From Octopus vulgaris (Eukaryota), in the NCBI GenBank assembly GCA_951406725.2, contig OX597843.1, forward strand, positions 14,508,001-14,572,000: a stretch of DNA of 64,000 nucleotides, read 5' to 3'. Of the stretch, positions 25,991 through 38,214 are shown in pieces. The notes below the pieces were generated by a model that saw only the letters and a list, made by a program, of their open reading frames with translations, ran no database searches and was not told where the DNA came from. The number at the start of each line of letters is the position of its first letter. Position 1 is the stretch's first letter. Position numbers and translations under genes: made by a program.

Positions 25991-27165
25991 TGCATATATA
26001 AATACAATCCTTGAATATACACACACACATATTATCTGAAGTGTACCGATATCACACATACATTATGCTCATCAGAGGTAGCTACCTCTGATGAGCATAG
26101 GGTTATATAATCAGATTGTTACCTAACCATCTGTTGAATCCTTAGTGTGAAACCAATTAGCAAAATCAGCTCTGGTGGATATTTAATACATTTTGGATAA
26201 CATACCCAGTTTTTGACAGACATACGAGTGCATCTTTTCCCTGACTTAGGGACGTTTAGACAACTTTTATATATATATATAATAATAATAATAATAGGGA
26301 GTAAATCCAAACTTACAGGGAAAAATTAGATTTAGGATTAAATCTAATTTTATGGTATAAATATAAATTAAATTAAAGATAAAACCACTATTAGGCAAAT
26401 CAAACAGTGAAAATCATAAGCCAATACATAGAAATAAAATTAATTAAAAAATATAAAAATCCAATTAAAATATTTAAATTAAAGTTAAAATTTTAAAAAA
26501 TTATCTAAATTAATAATTTAAACTTATAAATATATATATATATTTTTAATATTTTATTTATTTTTATTTAAAAACGATAAGATAACAAAAGAAAGAGACC
26601 TCAATATTATGTATGCATATATAAACGTGTGGGTATGTACATATATGGGTGTGTGTGTGTGCGTATATGAACGTGGTTTACTCTTTGTATACTTCCTTAT
26701 GGTTTTTTCCCTGTATTGTTACTCTTAACCATGTCTTTTCTTGTGCTTGTGCGTATGTATGAACTTTTATGGTGCGCATGTGTGTGTGTATGAGTTTGTA
26801 TATATATGCATATACATTTGGCGAAAAATGCGAGTGAAGATGTGTACGTTTTCATAGTGATGTATACGTACGCACGTGGGTGTGCAAGCGCACATGTGTG
26901 TGTATGAGCAGGCATGCTTACGTGTTTACTATGAACTTTTAACCTTATTTTAATTAGCAGTCATTGAATTAGCGCTTTTATATAAGTAATTTCCCTTTGT
27001 GTAACGGTCTTTTTTCATAGCGTATTTTCAGATGGCCAGATAACAAAAGAGATGGTGTTGTGGATTTCCACCTCAGCATCCAAAACTCAGAGTTTTATAT
27101 TGGCTACCGAATAATTGTCACATATTATTTTAGATATGTATATATATAATCGTTTGTTCGTTCAG

Positions 27166-27243
27166 AGTCCATTTTCCATAAGTGCATGTGTAAAATCCTT
27201 GTCAAAACAGACAGTCGTCTCAGGTAGTTTTCTACCTGGCTAG
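27166..27243 (+). CDS. Putative terminal exon (SPFSISACVKSLSKQTVVSGSFLPG*)
   Basis: CGTTTGTTCGTTCAG acceptor; phase 0, compatible with the 1930-2030 exon; stop at 27241; unique AT-rich downstream sequence with AATAAA at 27442. Confidence 0.35.
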   Translation, partial: SPFSISACVKSLSKQTVVSGSFLPG

Positions 27244-27600
27244 CTCTGTCAACCATAAAACACGACCACCACGACCACCACTAAAGAAAGACACAACAAA
27301 AGATTTTCAGAATTTTTATTTTCAAAAAATTGTTTTCTTGTTTCTTCTTCAAAATAAGTCAAGGCAACAGACCCACTGAAATTACTGGTATTCAACAAGT
27401 ATTTTTGTATTAAAAAAAAAGAATTGTTACAGGCCATAATTAATAAATTAACAATTATCATTGCATTGTGTGTCTGTGTGAACCCAAGCATGACTGCAGT
27501 CCAATGACTTAAACAAGTGAAAGATGTGAATACACACACACGAATAGGTATGCACATGTATACGTGCACATATATATATACATCTGTATATATACATATA

Positions 27601-27763
27601 GACGCAGGAGTGGCTGTGTGGTAAGTAGCTTGCTTACGAACCACATGGTTCCGGGTTCAGTCCCGCTGCGTGGCATCTTGGGCAAGTTTCTTCTACTATA
27701 GCCTCAGGCCAACCAAAGCCTTTTGAGTGGATTTGGTAGACGGAAACTGAAAGAAGCCCGTTG

Positions 27764-27808
<45 letters not shown>

Positions 27809-28006
27809 GTATATATGTGTATATCTAACTCATTGCTTGACAACCGATGCTGGTGTGTTTATGTCCCCGTCACTTAGCGGTTCGGCAAAAGCAACCGATA
27901 GAATAAGTACTGGGCTTACAAAAGAATAAGTCCCAGGGTCGAGTTGCTCGATTAAAGGCGGTGCTCCAGCATGGCCGCAGTCAAATGATTGAAGCAAGTA
28001 AAAGAG
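27601..28006 (+). mobile_element. SINE family A
   Basis: Same head and tail as 22090 copy. Confidence 0.9.
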
Positions 28007-28840
28007 TATACATATGCATATAGACATTTATAGAACATATATATACATACAAAAACCATAGATATGTCCATACATATATCTAAATTCATATACACACATA
28101 TCTTTTATAAATATCAAACACACACACATCTTGGTTTTAATTGTTTTGAAGAGTTCAGTTAAACGAAAGCTAATAAAGAATTATCCAAAATTCTGACTGC
28201 TTCCTTTTACTTAATATACAATATCTGTACACCTTTTCGAACACTCAACACACACACACACATATATATATATACCCTGTTTCATTCTACACCCGTAACA
28301 AGTAGCATGCGAGACATCACAGCTACTATATAAGGGACATAACTCTTACATCAACTTCATTCAATCTTTTTCTGTTTTGCAAAAAAAGCCTGATATTTAG
28401 TAAAGATCCTCCATTCCCATCAATAATATTTTAAACCAACCCCTAGTATTTCACTGGTATTTTATTTCAAAATTATCAATCCAGTAGAAGTATAAAATTC
28501 AATAGTGACTGTGGCAGGATTTGAACTCAGAATGTAAAGAGCTGTAACTATACACTGCAAAGCATTTCATTAATTTCTTGCTTTTAAATAAGGTGTTAAC
28601 ATATTCAATGTTTCCAGCAAACATGGGTGATAACTCTACACATATTCCAGCCTAATTATACCTCCTTAAATTTCAGTGTGTGTGTGTGCTCCAGCAAGGC
28701 TGTAGACCAATGACCGAATGACGTGAAAGACACACACATATCTGTACACATGCATACATATATAGATATGCACATACATCTAAAAATATCTGCATATAGA
28801 TATGACTATATGTGCATTTCTGTGTGTGTGTGTGTGCGTG

Positions 28841-28869
<29 letters not shown>

Positions 28870-28875
<6 letters not shown>

Positions 28876-30460
28876 AATGCCAGGTGAATTTCGTTATTTT
28901 CTTTCTCTTCCTACGTGATATGTTTTTGAGTATATATTGTCTGGGAGTTATTTCTTCCAGTAGAAGAAATAGTCTTCTTTGGCTGCTATTTCTAAAGTTC
29001 GGTGTGTGGTGAAGTAAATTCTTTTGCCTAACCCTTATTATAATAAATATTGCTTAAATTTACCGATAATGGTCTTTTACATACCGAATCACTACTAGGT
29101 GGAATCATTAATTATTAATTAATTTTACCCTTATTATTATTATATACATATACATATATACATATTTGATTACACCTGCGTTAAACTCCATTTATTTATT
29201 CATATATTATTCAAAATATTCCACATAAACATGAAGTTTCTACCTTTATAAACAAGGAGTTACAACATCTTTACTTGTGAGATTTTTGCTGCCCTGGTAA
29301 CTATTTATTTATTTTTTCCGTGTTAATTGTTAACAAGGTAAAAATACACTCATCTATTTATAATATATATATATATATATATATATACCGGAGTAAACAC
29401 ATAAATGTGAAACAAGGTGGAAAAAAGAGTACTCAAATACCAGTGGTAGAGTAATATGCTTTATTTAAAGCAGCAGAAAATTCAACAAAACCTGTTACTC
29501 TGAGTTTCCCGTAATGCCGTTTGTCGGCAACGGGAAACTCAGGTTTTGTTGAATTTTCTGCTGCTTTAAATAAAGTATATATATATATATCTGCACACAC
29601 AAAGCATATAAATTCAAAACAAGGTGGTAAAAATAGAACTCCAGTATCAAAGATGGAGTAATTATATTATTTATTAAATCTGCAAAAATCTTCACAAGCT
29701 GTTACTTGGAGTTTCACATAACCATCCATGAGACGACTGTGACAATATTGTCCGATGAATGGAAATGCAAAGCTCTGAATAAAAATGGGGGAAGACAATT
29801 TTGGCTTTAATAAATAGCGTCTGTGTGTGTGCGAAGAAAAAGGGAATGGCTGAGTGATCTGAGAGGGGAATATGTTGAATAAAATCATAATTAACTTTTA
29901 TCCATCCTCCTGTATTTTCTTTTACCCAAAGCCAGCAGCTTTTCAGAACCCCTCCTAGACCGGGTTGGCCGAAAAGTTTGCACAGCTCTTTTCCTTTACT
30001 CATGCGTAATTATTAGATAAGTCGAGAAAATAGTTCGATGTGAGCAGGTGATGAGTGAGGCTGTGTTTTGTGTGATCATCCTGGAAAATGGAGAAGCAAA
30101 ACAAACCGGATCAATACCCGAGGCTTTCATATTCTAGCAAAAAGCAGCAAAGCATCAGACACCCGCAGGAAGACATGTGCCGTGTACGGAGAGGATGTTG
30201 GTACAGAATGTGTCTGCCAGAAGTGGTTTCCAAGATTTCTATGAGGAAACTTTTCCAATCAAGGAGAGCCAAGCTCTAATCAGCCGACTGAGATTAACAG
30301 TGGCAAAGGGAAGGAATTGGCTGAGATCTACCCCCGTTATATAACCAGGATGATTCTAGATACCCTCAACAACCTGGTTATGTCATCAGGCTTGATGCTT
30401 GGGTCCCACATCAATTGAATGCGTGACCATCACCCTATAACTTCATTGGAGTTTGCGCTT
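28870..30460. mobile_element. Cluster of Penelope-like terminal-repeat fragments in (AT)n tracts
   Basis: Segments bounded by (AT)n. 29390-29580 and 29590-29730 resemble each other, 29170-29360 is an inverted homolog of 48870-49055, and there is a fold-back at 29459-29575 with decayed GAAAC..GTA motifs. No RT/GIY-YIG ORF seen, so the class is inferred. Confidence 0.5.
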
Positions 30461-30585
30461 TACTCAGCTGATGTTTCGTTCTGAAGTGAATGTATGTCAA
30501 ATTCTAATACCAGGTTATAAGAATTGCAATGCCCAAGTGAAATATCAACATATATATATAAAAATATATACGTATATATATATAG

Positions 30586-30634
<49 letters not shown>

Positions 30635-30658
30635 GATATATACACACACATAAACATA

Positions 30659-30706
<48 letters not shown>

Positions 30707-32024
30707 TATACATACATATTTTTTCTGTAGAAGAGCGTAGGCTCGAAACGTAAAAGACTTTTTCTATTCCTGAGTGTTATACTAATACAACTGTTTGTTT
30801 TGTACACCACCTGTCTTCGTCTTTTGTTTTTTTCGTAAACATACATATATACATACATACATACATACATACATACACATATATTTAAATAGCACTTCAT
30901 ATCCAAGGTTCTGATGAACTGATGAAGCTCTAAGGTGTTACTCAGGCACTCAACAACGAGACCCTTGCACCTTATAGCAGAAACAGCTGCAAGCTAATGA
31001 AGTTCATAACATAACCATTATTTTTCCAGTGTCATCTCATTTTCTTATACACGCATAGTTGCACGTATGCATTCATGCATGTATTATAATGTATACATAC
31101 ATGACCTAAGTGTTTCAGTGTATTGTCCTCAATCATTAAAGTCATTAGAGATTAGGATAAAAGACTTTGCAGTTATTTTTCCTGTTCCTTGCAGTCTCAG
31201 TTCAAATTCCACTGAAACCAATAATGCCTTGCATCTTTTAGTGGGGCTAGCATTTATAAAAACAAAGTCAGACCAAGGTAATAGATTAAGGAAACTGTCA
31301 AAGTGTCGGACAGCATGACTTGCAGTGGCTGTTCCTGCATTTTGTGTGCTGACTAAGACTGCAACACCTGTGACTCCACTTGCTAAGAACTGTGTCAGCC
31401 ATTGCCATTTTCTCTTGGATATCATTGGATGTGTGCAGAGGGGAGACATGTATGGGCAACAAGAGGCCAGTCCCACCCCACCAAAATCTTCCGATGAAAC
31501 TCTTGCACCTTAAAGAGGAATTTTCTAGGTACAAAAGCCTCATAGTTTTACAAGACGCATACGGAGACCACAGATATGTGTGTTGTTGTTAGTGTTCATA
31601 TCTGTGTTTACGTTTACTGATATCAAGTTATGTCCCCTAGCATGAAATATACAACTTAGCCACTCGATAACAGGAGGCAAATAAAATGGTTTTGAATTTT
31701 GGCTCAAGGCCAGCAATGTTAGGAGGAGTGGGGTAAGTCAATTAAATTGACTCCAGCGCTCAACTGGTACTTAATTTTAACAACCATGAAAGGACGAAAG
31801 AGTAAGTCAACCTTGGTGGTATTTGAACTGACAAAGTAGAGCACAAGGATATGCCAGAAAGCATTTTGCCTGGCATGCTAAAGATTCTGCCAGCTCGCTG
31901 CCGTAAAATAGGTACTGGTGATCAATCAAACAACTAAAACCCGTAAAGGCGGTGCTGTAGCATGGCCAAAGTCTGATGACCGAAACCAGTAAATGCATGA
32001 AAGAAGGTTTATGATCTGAATATT

Positions 32025-32336
32025 CTAGAAATTAAAGAATCGTAGATAAAATCCAATGAGACGGATTTTCAGCAAATACCAGCTGAGTCGGAGCCTAACT
32101 TTGAGTTTACACATGATTGAGTCGCAGAAGAATTCTTCGGCTTCAGCAATGGTTCGTACGCAATATCGAGACATCGCAAGAAACGATTCGGCCCCTTTGC
32201 TGATCTGAAGCTTGGATTCGATGCCACGTAAGACGTCATTGGTTTTTAGGATGAGCAACATTTCGCGAGGGATCCGGTTGAGGACGTCCGAGATTTCCAC
32301 GATGTACCTGGTTGCATTGTCTCGGATTTGCTCCAT
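32025..32336 (-). CDS. ADCK1: ADCK1 coding exon 7 (last)
   Basis: CCAG| acceptor; MEQIRDNATRYIVEISDVLNRIPREMLLILKTNDVLRGIE... matches the ADCK1 C-terminal motif (PRxMLLILKTND); TAG stop at 32025. Confidence 0.93.
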   Translation of the reverse strand: MEQIRDNATRYIVEISDVLNRIPREMLLILKTNDVLRGIESKLQISKGAESFLAMSRYCVRTIAEAEEFFCDSIMCKLKVRLRLSWYLLKIRLIGFYLRFFNF

Positions 32337-32949
32337 CTGGTGGATAAAAGAGAAAATGGAGAGAATGGAAACGGTAAGAGGAACGAGATGTGTCTGAAGG
32401 AATGAGGTGACTGAAGGAATGAGGTGACTGAAGGAATGAGGTGATTTAGATTAATAAATGAGTGAAAGAAAGAAAAAACGAAAGAATAATGAATGACCAG
32501 GTGGAGTAATGAATGAAGGAATTAGTAAAAGAGGGGGCAGTGAATGAATGAAGGGGTGGATCAAAGAAGGAGTGAATTATTGAGTGACAGACGGGAAAGT
32601 GAATGAATAATAATCAGAGAATGAAAGAAGGAAAAAGTGAAAGAAGAATATTGAATGAATGAATGGAGAGATAATGAGTGAAAGAAGGAAACTAATTAAG
32701 AAAAATGAATGAGGGAGAGAATGAGTTGATGGAAAAAAATTGAATGAAGGAAAAATGAATAAGTCAGGAAGGGGATGAGGGAAATTGAATGAAAGAAAAG
32801 TGAGGGAGGCATAAGTGGATGAAGGAAGTTGAATGAAAGAAAAATGAATGAGTGAGGGAAGGAATAAGTGGACGAAGGAAGTTCAATGAAAGAAAAATGA
32901 ATGAGTGAAGGGAGAAGTGAAAGAAAAAACGCCAAACCAATGTGTTTAC

Positions 32950-33147
32950 CTCTGATTGTGATGTTGGTTTCTTCTTAATACCGTGTAGAATTGCGTCCCA
33001 GGATCTTGCGGTGACGATGCAGGAGAAGAGGCCATAGAGCTCACCACAGTTGAGATTGGAAGCTGCCTGGCGAATGGCTGCAACATCGGCATTGATGAGG
33101 GACATCCAGAGATGGGAGTAGTTCAGCCTGAACTCATCGGAGAGAGT
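32950..33147 (-). CDS. ADCK1: ADCK1 coding exon 6 (198 nt)
   Basis: TLSDEFRLNYSHLWMSLI..GELYGLFSCIVTARSWDAI..SQSE; pyrimidine tract with AAG acceptor, GAG|GTAAAC donor. Confidence 0.93.
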
Positions 33148-33236
33148 CTTGAGTAAGGAGAGAGAAGGAGAGTTGAGAAATGAGAGAGAAAGTGATATGA
33201 TGTACAACTTCTCGTCGTCACTGTTATAATAGCAAA

Positions 33237-33934
33237 TGTTGTCTGACCGCATGAACTTCGTTTTCATTCGGTTCATCTTGAGACCTACTGCAGAGCTTTT
33301 GATGCCGAATGGTGATCGGCAGTGATGAAATAGAGGAGGTAAAGGAATATGTCTACCTGGGACAGGAAGTGAATATGTGCCGAGATATCGAAAAGGAGAT
33401 CTCACAGAGAGTAAGGGCCGGATGGAAGGCGTTCAATGGTATAAGGGATGTGCTCAAGGGAAGGTTGGACAGGACCACCCGCGCCAACCTCATTAACAGT
33501 GCAGTTCTGCCTGCAATGTTATATGGTAGTGAAACATGGGCTACCACAAAGAGAGAAGAGCAAAGACTGATAACGGCTCAAAGAGCCATGGAAAGGTCAA
33601 TGCTTGGAATCTCGTTGAGAGAGCACATCAGTAGCGAGATCATCAGAAAGAAGTCTGGTGTGAGAGATGTCATCGCAGAGTATACACGCAGCAAGTTTAG
33701 ATGGGCTGGACACGTCGCCCGGCTCACCGACAATCGGTGGACGCACGCAGTCGTCGAGTGGTACCCGCGCGAGCGGAAAAGACCACCCGGAAGACCTCCA
33801 CGACGGTGGAGTGACGATTTCAGGAGGACGATTGGGATCACGTGGATGAGAAAGGCGCGATCCAGAGAGGAGTGGACAGCGTGCTGTGACCAGCGGTGTC
33901 AAATGGACGCCTGACAGACTGGTCAGTCAAGGTG
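33237..33934 (+). mobile_element. Young 5'-truncated RTE LINE with 5' inversion
   Basis: Uninterrupted 201-aa ORF (YVYLGQ, VLPAMLYGSETW, WAGHVAR..DNRWT, RPPGRPPRRWSD). 11-bp TSD ATAATAGCAAA at 33226-33236 and 33935-33945. 33237-~33303 is inverted. Confidence 0.93.
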
Positions 33935-34424
33935 ATAATAGCAAACATTCCTGATGTTCTCCATTACTCTCCAACTGTGCATCTTCCATGTTATCTCTTC
34001 TCAGACTGTTCTGCACATGCTCATTTATACTAACTAGTAGAGTCCACTTAGTCAAACATGGGGGTGTACAGATTTTCCATACAAGAGGGAGAGAGAGGGA
34101 GAAGAGAGAGAGAGGGGGAAGAGAGAGAGGGGGAGAGAAATGCATTGATAATGTTTAGAGAGAAAAAAATAACAAGGCTGGAAATGAAAAAAAGGGAAAA
34201 CAAACAAAAAGGGGCTGATTTGGGTTTTTTTTTTAATTCATTTTTTATCCTTTACTTGTTCCACTCATTAGACTGAGGCCATACTGGGGCATCACCTCGA
34301 AGAATTTTAGGCAAATCAATTGATCCCACTACTTATGGTTTCTCTCTTAAGCCTGGTACTTATTCTATTGGTCTCTTTTGCCAAACTGCTATGTTGCAGG
34401 GATGTAAACACACCAACATCGGTT

Positions 34425-35395
34425 GATAGGACTTGACATTACAAACGTCATAGATGTCACACTTGCGGATGATGGCATAATCCAGCAAGTGCCAAACTTT
34501 AGACCTTGGATGCATCCACGTTGTTGTGTGATCCCCTTTGAGCATCAAATGAGTGCCTGCGATGTAAAGTCCATGTTCATCGGAAAGCTCCGGCAGCATG
34601 AGACCACTGCTCATTTTCCCCACACCAAAACATCCTAGAGAGTTCCATGTTTGCCAGTCTGTTCCCACCTTGGCATTGAAATCTCCCAGTAGAATGGCTT
34701 TATCAGAAATGGGGGTTTTCCTAAGCATGGCTCTCAGCTGGGTATAAAATATAGCTTTATCTTCATCGCAACTAGTCAAAGTAGGTGCACAGGCAATTAT
34801 TAGAGTAGTAAACCACCCACCTTTCAGGTGCAACTTCTTAAGGATTTCAGATCGAACTGCAAAGCTGACACCAGCCTCTCTGCGCTCCCCCTTCTGCCTC
34901 CCCTTCCAAAAAAAGGTGTATCCACCTCCTGCTTCTTCAAGCTGACCATCACCTTCTATACGAGTCTCTGAAAGTGCAGCTATACTATATCAATGTCATA
35001 GCAGTTCAGCTCGTGAGCAACAAGTGCAGTGCGTCTTTCAGGCCTACAATCACTCTTGTTATCCGACAGAGTGCACACATTCCAACATGAAATATTCAAG
35101 TTCCATCCAGATTTTGTAAATAAAGTGCAGGGTGGACATCCGTCAGTTGCGTTAAACTGATAAAATATAGAAAGACTGGCAATTTTTGGTTCACCTTTTC
35201 TAGAATATTCCCTGTCCTCTGGGTGAGCAGTGCCCTCTCCAAATGGAGCTGCTCAGACACCCATGCAGCAACTGAATCCTATCGCTATCTTGGGTGACAA
35301 GGAGATGACTTTAAATTTGGCATGGGCTACCTATGTGCAGGTTGCTCCCAACCTGTCAGGTCTGCATCCTTCACCAACTTCCCATCGCTGCAGGA
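34425..35395 (-). mobile_element. 5' part of an RTE (BovB-like) LINE: AP-endonuclease domain and 5' UTR
   Basis: APT..DEDKAIFY..ILLGDFNAKVG..TWMHPRSKVWHLLDY; upstream remnants WNV.TL, ALSETR, GYTFFWKG. Confidence 0.88.
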
Positions 35396-35816
35396 CTTCC
35401 GAATAAAAATAGGATAAAAATTTACCAAAAATAAATAAATATATACTAAAAATAAGGGAGATAAAAATAAGCAGCACATATCGAGCAGAGGTCGGCAATG
35501 CCTGTGCAGAGTTTTAGGTCCAATAAGGTTTGCACGACACCTCATGGACCCTCCCCACTCTATTGACATTATCCAGAGACAAGCCAGAGCAAGATGTCTG
35601 GAAGAAGTGCAGCTGTTTGCATAAACATTTGAAGAATGTCGCAGCTGGGCCACAATTGATAGCAGCAAGGGATAGGGGGGAGGGACTAAGAGACACACAC
35701 ACACACACTGCACAGCCAACTCACCCTCAAATCACACCCTGTCTTATGGATATATATATATGTAGTGCACCTGAGCAATCTGTACAATAAGTTCAGTTTT
35801 ATGAGTCAATGGGGCA

Positions 35817-36185
35817 GGGAAGACCTCTACGTGGTAGCTAGACCAACTAGAAATAACAGCCAAATCTCCCTCAAATCACACCCTACTCTCTTATGTATGT
35901 ATATATGTATGTATGAGCCAATGAGGGAGACCTCTACATGGTAGCTAGACCTGGTAGAAATAGCAGCCAAATCTCCCTCAAATCACACCCTACTCTCTTA
36001 TGTATGTATATATGTATGTATGAGCCAATGAGGGAGACCTCTACATGGTAGCTAGATCTGGTAGAAATAGCAGCCAAATCTCCCTCAAACAACACCCTAC
36101 TCTCTTATGTATGTATGAGCCAATGAGGGAGACCTCTACATGGTAGCTAGACCTGGTAGAAATAGCAGCCAAATCTCCCTCAAAT
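35817..36185 (-). repeat. ~3.5 inverted copies of the 107-bp unit in an ADCK1 intron
   Basis: AGACCTCTAC(A/G)TGGTAGCTAGA at about 35821, 35928, 36035 and 36130 (one 95-bp variant), running into the (CAA)-tailed element. Confidence 0.92.
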
Positions 36186-36377
36186 TATATCCTAATGTTT
36201 TAAATAAGCAAAGAGCACATAAGGAAAATATACATTATGATGTGATGGTCATGATTGGAAGACCTTTTGATTATATACTCAAGATGGACCTGGAGGGTCA
36301 AGAACAACAATAACAAGGGCAGAAACAAAGGCAAGGACAACAGTCCTTGATCAGGCAAACTAGAGGTGACCCCTTAC

Positions 36378-36524
36378 CTGATACAAGCCGTGATCTAAAA
36401 GGGTTATTTGTGTGGTTCCGTTCTTCATTTTGTTAACGAGTAAATTACCAGGATGTGGGTCGCAGTGAACATAGCCATGGGTGAAAATCATTTCGCTGAA
36501 CACCTCACCAAGCTTTTGGGAGAC
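36378..36524 (-). CDS. ADCK1: ADCK1 coding exon 5 (147 nt), catalytic loop
   Basis: Hand-translated (not in the ORF track): VSQKLGEVFSEMIFTHGYVHCDPHPGNLLVNKMKNGTTQITLLDHGLYQ; CACAG| acceptor, CAG|GTAAG donor. Confidence 0.95.
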
Positions 36525-36639
36525 CTGTGGGAGAGAGAGGAGTGAATAGAGAGATCAAGGTTCAAATAGATGTCACGGCTGATGTATTAACGGTACCATG
36601 AATGAATATTTGTACGTGTGTGGATATTAAATATTCTTT

Positions 36640-37365
36640 TCTTTTTCTTTTATTTGTTTCAGTCATTTGACTGTGGCTATGCTGGAGCACTGCTTTTAGT
36701 CAAACAAATCGAACCCAAGACTTATTCTTTGTAAGCCCAGTACTTATTCTATCAGTCTCTTTTGCCACTAAGTTATAGGATGTAAACACACCAACATTGG
36801 TTGTCAAGCGATGTTGGTGGGACAGACGCACAAACATACACACACATATACGACAAGCTTCTTTCAGTTTTTGTCTACCAAATCCACTCACATGGCTCTG
36901 GTCGGCCTGAGGCTATAGTAGAAGACACTTGCCCAAGGATTATTATCATTATTACATGCATATATACATACATAGGCGCAGGAGTGGCTGTGTGGTAAGT
37001 AGCTTGCCTACCCACCACATGGTTCTGGGTTCAGTCCCACTGCATGGTATCTTGGGCAAGTGTCTTCTGCTATAGCCCCGGGCCGACCAATGCCTTGTGA
37101 GTGGATTTGGTAGATGGAAACTGAAAGAAGCCTGTTGTATATATGTAAATATATGTATGTGTGTATGTGTTTGTCCCCCTAGCATTGCTTGACAACCGAT
37201 GCTGGTGTGTTTATGTCCCTGTCACTTAGCGGTTCGGCAAAAGAGACCGATAGAATAAGTACTGGGCTTACAAAGAATAAGTCCCGGGGTCGATTTGCTC
37301 GACTAAAGGCGGTGCTCCAGCATGGCCACAGTCAAATGACTGAAACAAGTAAAAGGGTAAAAGAG
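36640..37365. mobile_element. Inverted pair of SINE family A copies
   Basis: 36640-36917 on - strand, 36975-37365 on + strand. Confidence 0.85.
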
Positions 37366-37534
37366 TACATAGATACATGTTGAATCAGACACAGAAGTCT
37401 GGTTGTTGCTCCCACCTGGCCAGCTCCTATCAAACTATCCAACACATCTCCGCACCGAAGGAGGACCTTAAATGATGATGATGATACTGATGATCATCTG
37501 ACATGAGATCATCCCCAAACATTTCCCTGTAAAC

Positions 37535-37707
37535 CAGGGGTTCCCAACCAGTGGTACCCCAGGGGAGAGGGTCACGAAGCCTTGGCAGGGGGCATGTCAC
37601 ATAGCCTTACTAGAAGTGGCTTGGGATAACATTAATTAGTAGGGGGTTGCGTGTGTTTCAAGCTTTTGGGTAAGGGGTCGCGAATGCAAAAACGTTGGGA
37701 ACCGCTG
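37535..37707. mobile_element. hAT-like MITE
   Basis: CAGGGGTTCCCAAC...GTTGGGAACCGCTG TIRs; decayed 8-bp TSD CTGTAAAC/CCATAAAC. Confidence 0.7.
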
Positions 37708-37831
37708 CCATAAACAAACTGAAAGGATGTATGTATGGATGAGTGTATAAAGGGTTGCATGTGGTGTATAGAGATATGAGACTATTTGTGAATGGGAGTG
37801 TGTGTGATGCAGAAATGGTAACTCACTGTAC

Positions 37832-37948
37832 CTCATTCACTGATATTTTGTTATTCTTCATGAAATCCTGATCATCAATGGCTGTACCTTGGCAGAATTC
37901 CATGGTCAGAATCTTGTCAGAAGAATACTTCCAGTATATCTTGGGAAT
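37832..37948 (-). CDS. ADCK1: ADCK1 coding exon 4 (117 nt)
   Basis: Hand-translated: IPKIYWKYSSDKILTMEFCQGTAIDDQDFMKNNKISVNE (typical P.IYW..S...LTMEF..G); AACAG| acceptor, GAG|GTACAG donor. Confidence 0.93.
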
Positions 37949-38214
37949 CTGTTGAAAGAATTGGTAAAATCTTTTGATGCATCAAATTTAGGATGTAACA
38001 ACAACAACAATAGGACACAACAAAGAAATCAATACAATATTTATATAACAATGTAGCCCCATGGATACAGACTTTGGTCTGCTACATGAATGCACACACA
38101 CACACACACACACTTGTTTAAGGATAACAAATTTGTCCTCTGCAAAAGTATGGAGGAACCCATCAGATTAATGTAAAAATCTCTTATTATAAATAAACAT
38201 AAAAACAAATATTA

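Noticed and set aside
31067-31592. Overlapping ORFs downstream of ADCK1
   Set aside because: No recognisable motif or consistent splice pair; may be 3' UTR or a decayed repeat.
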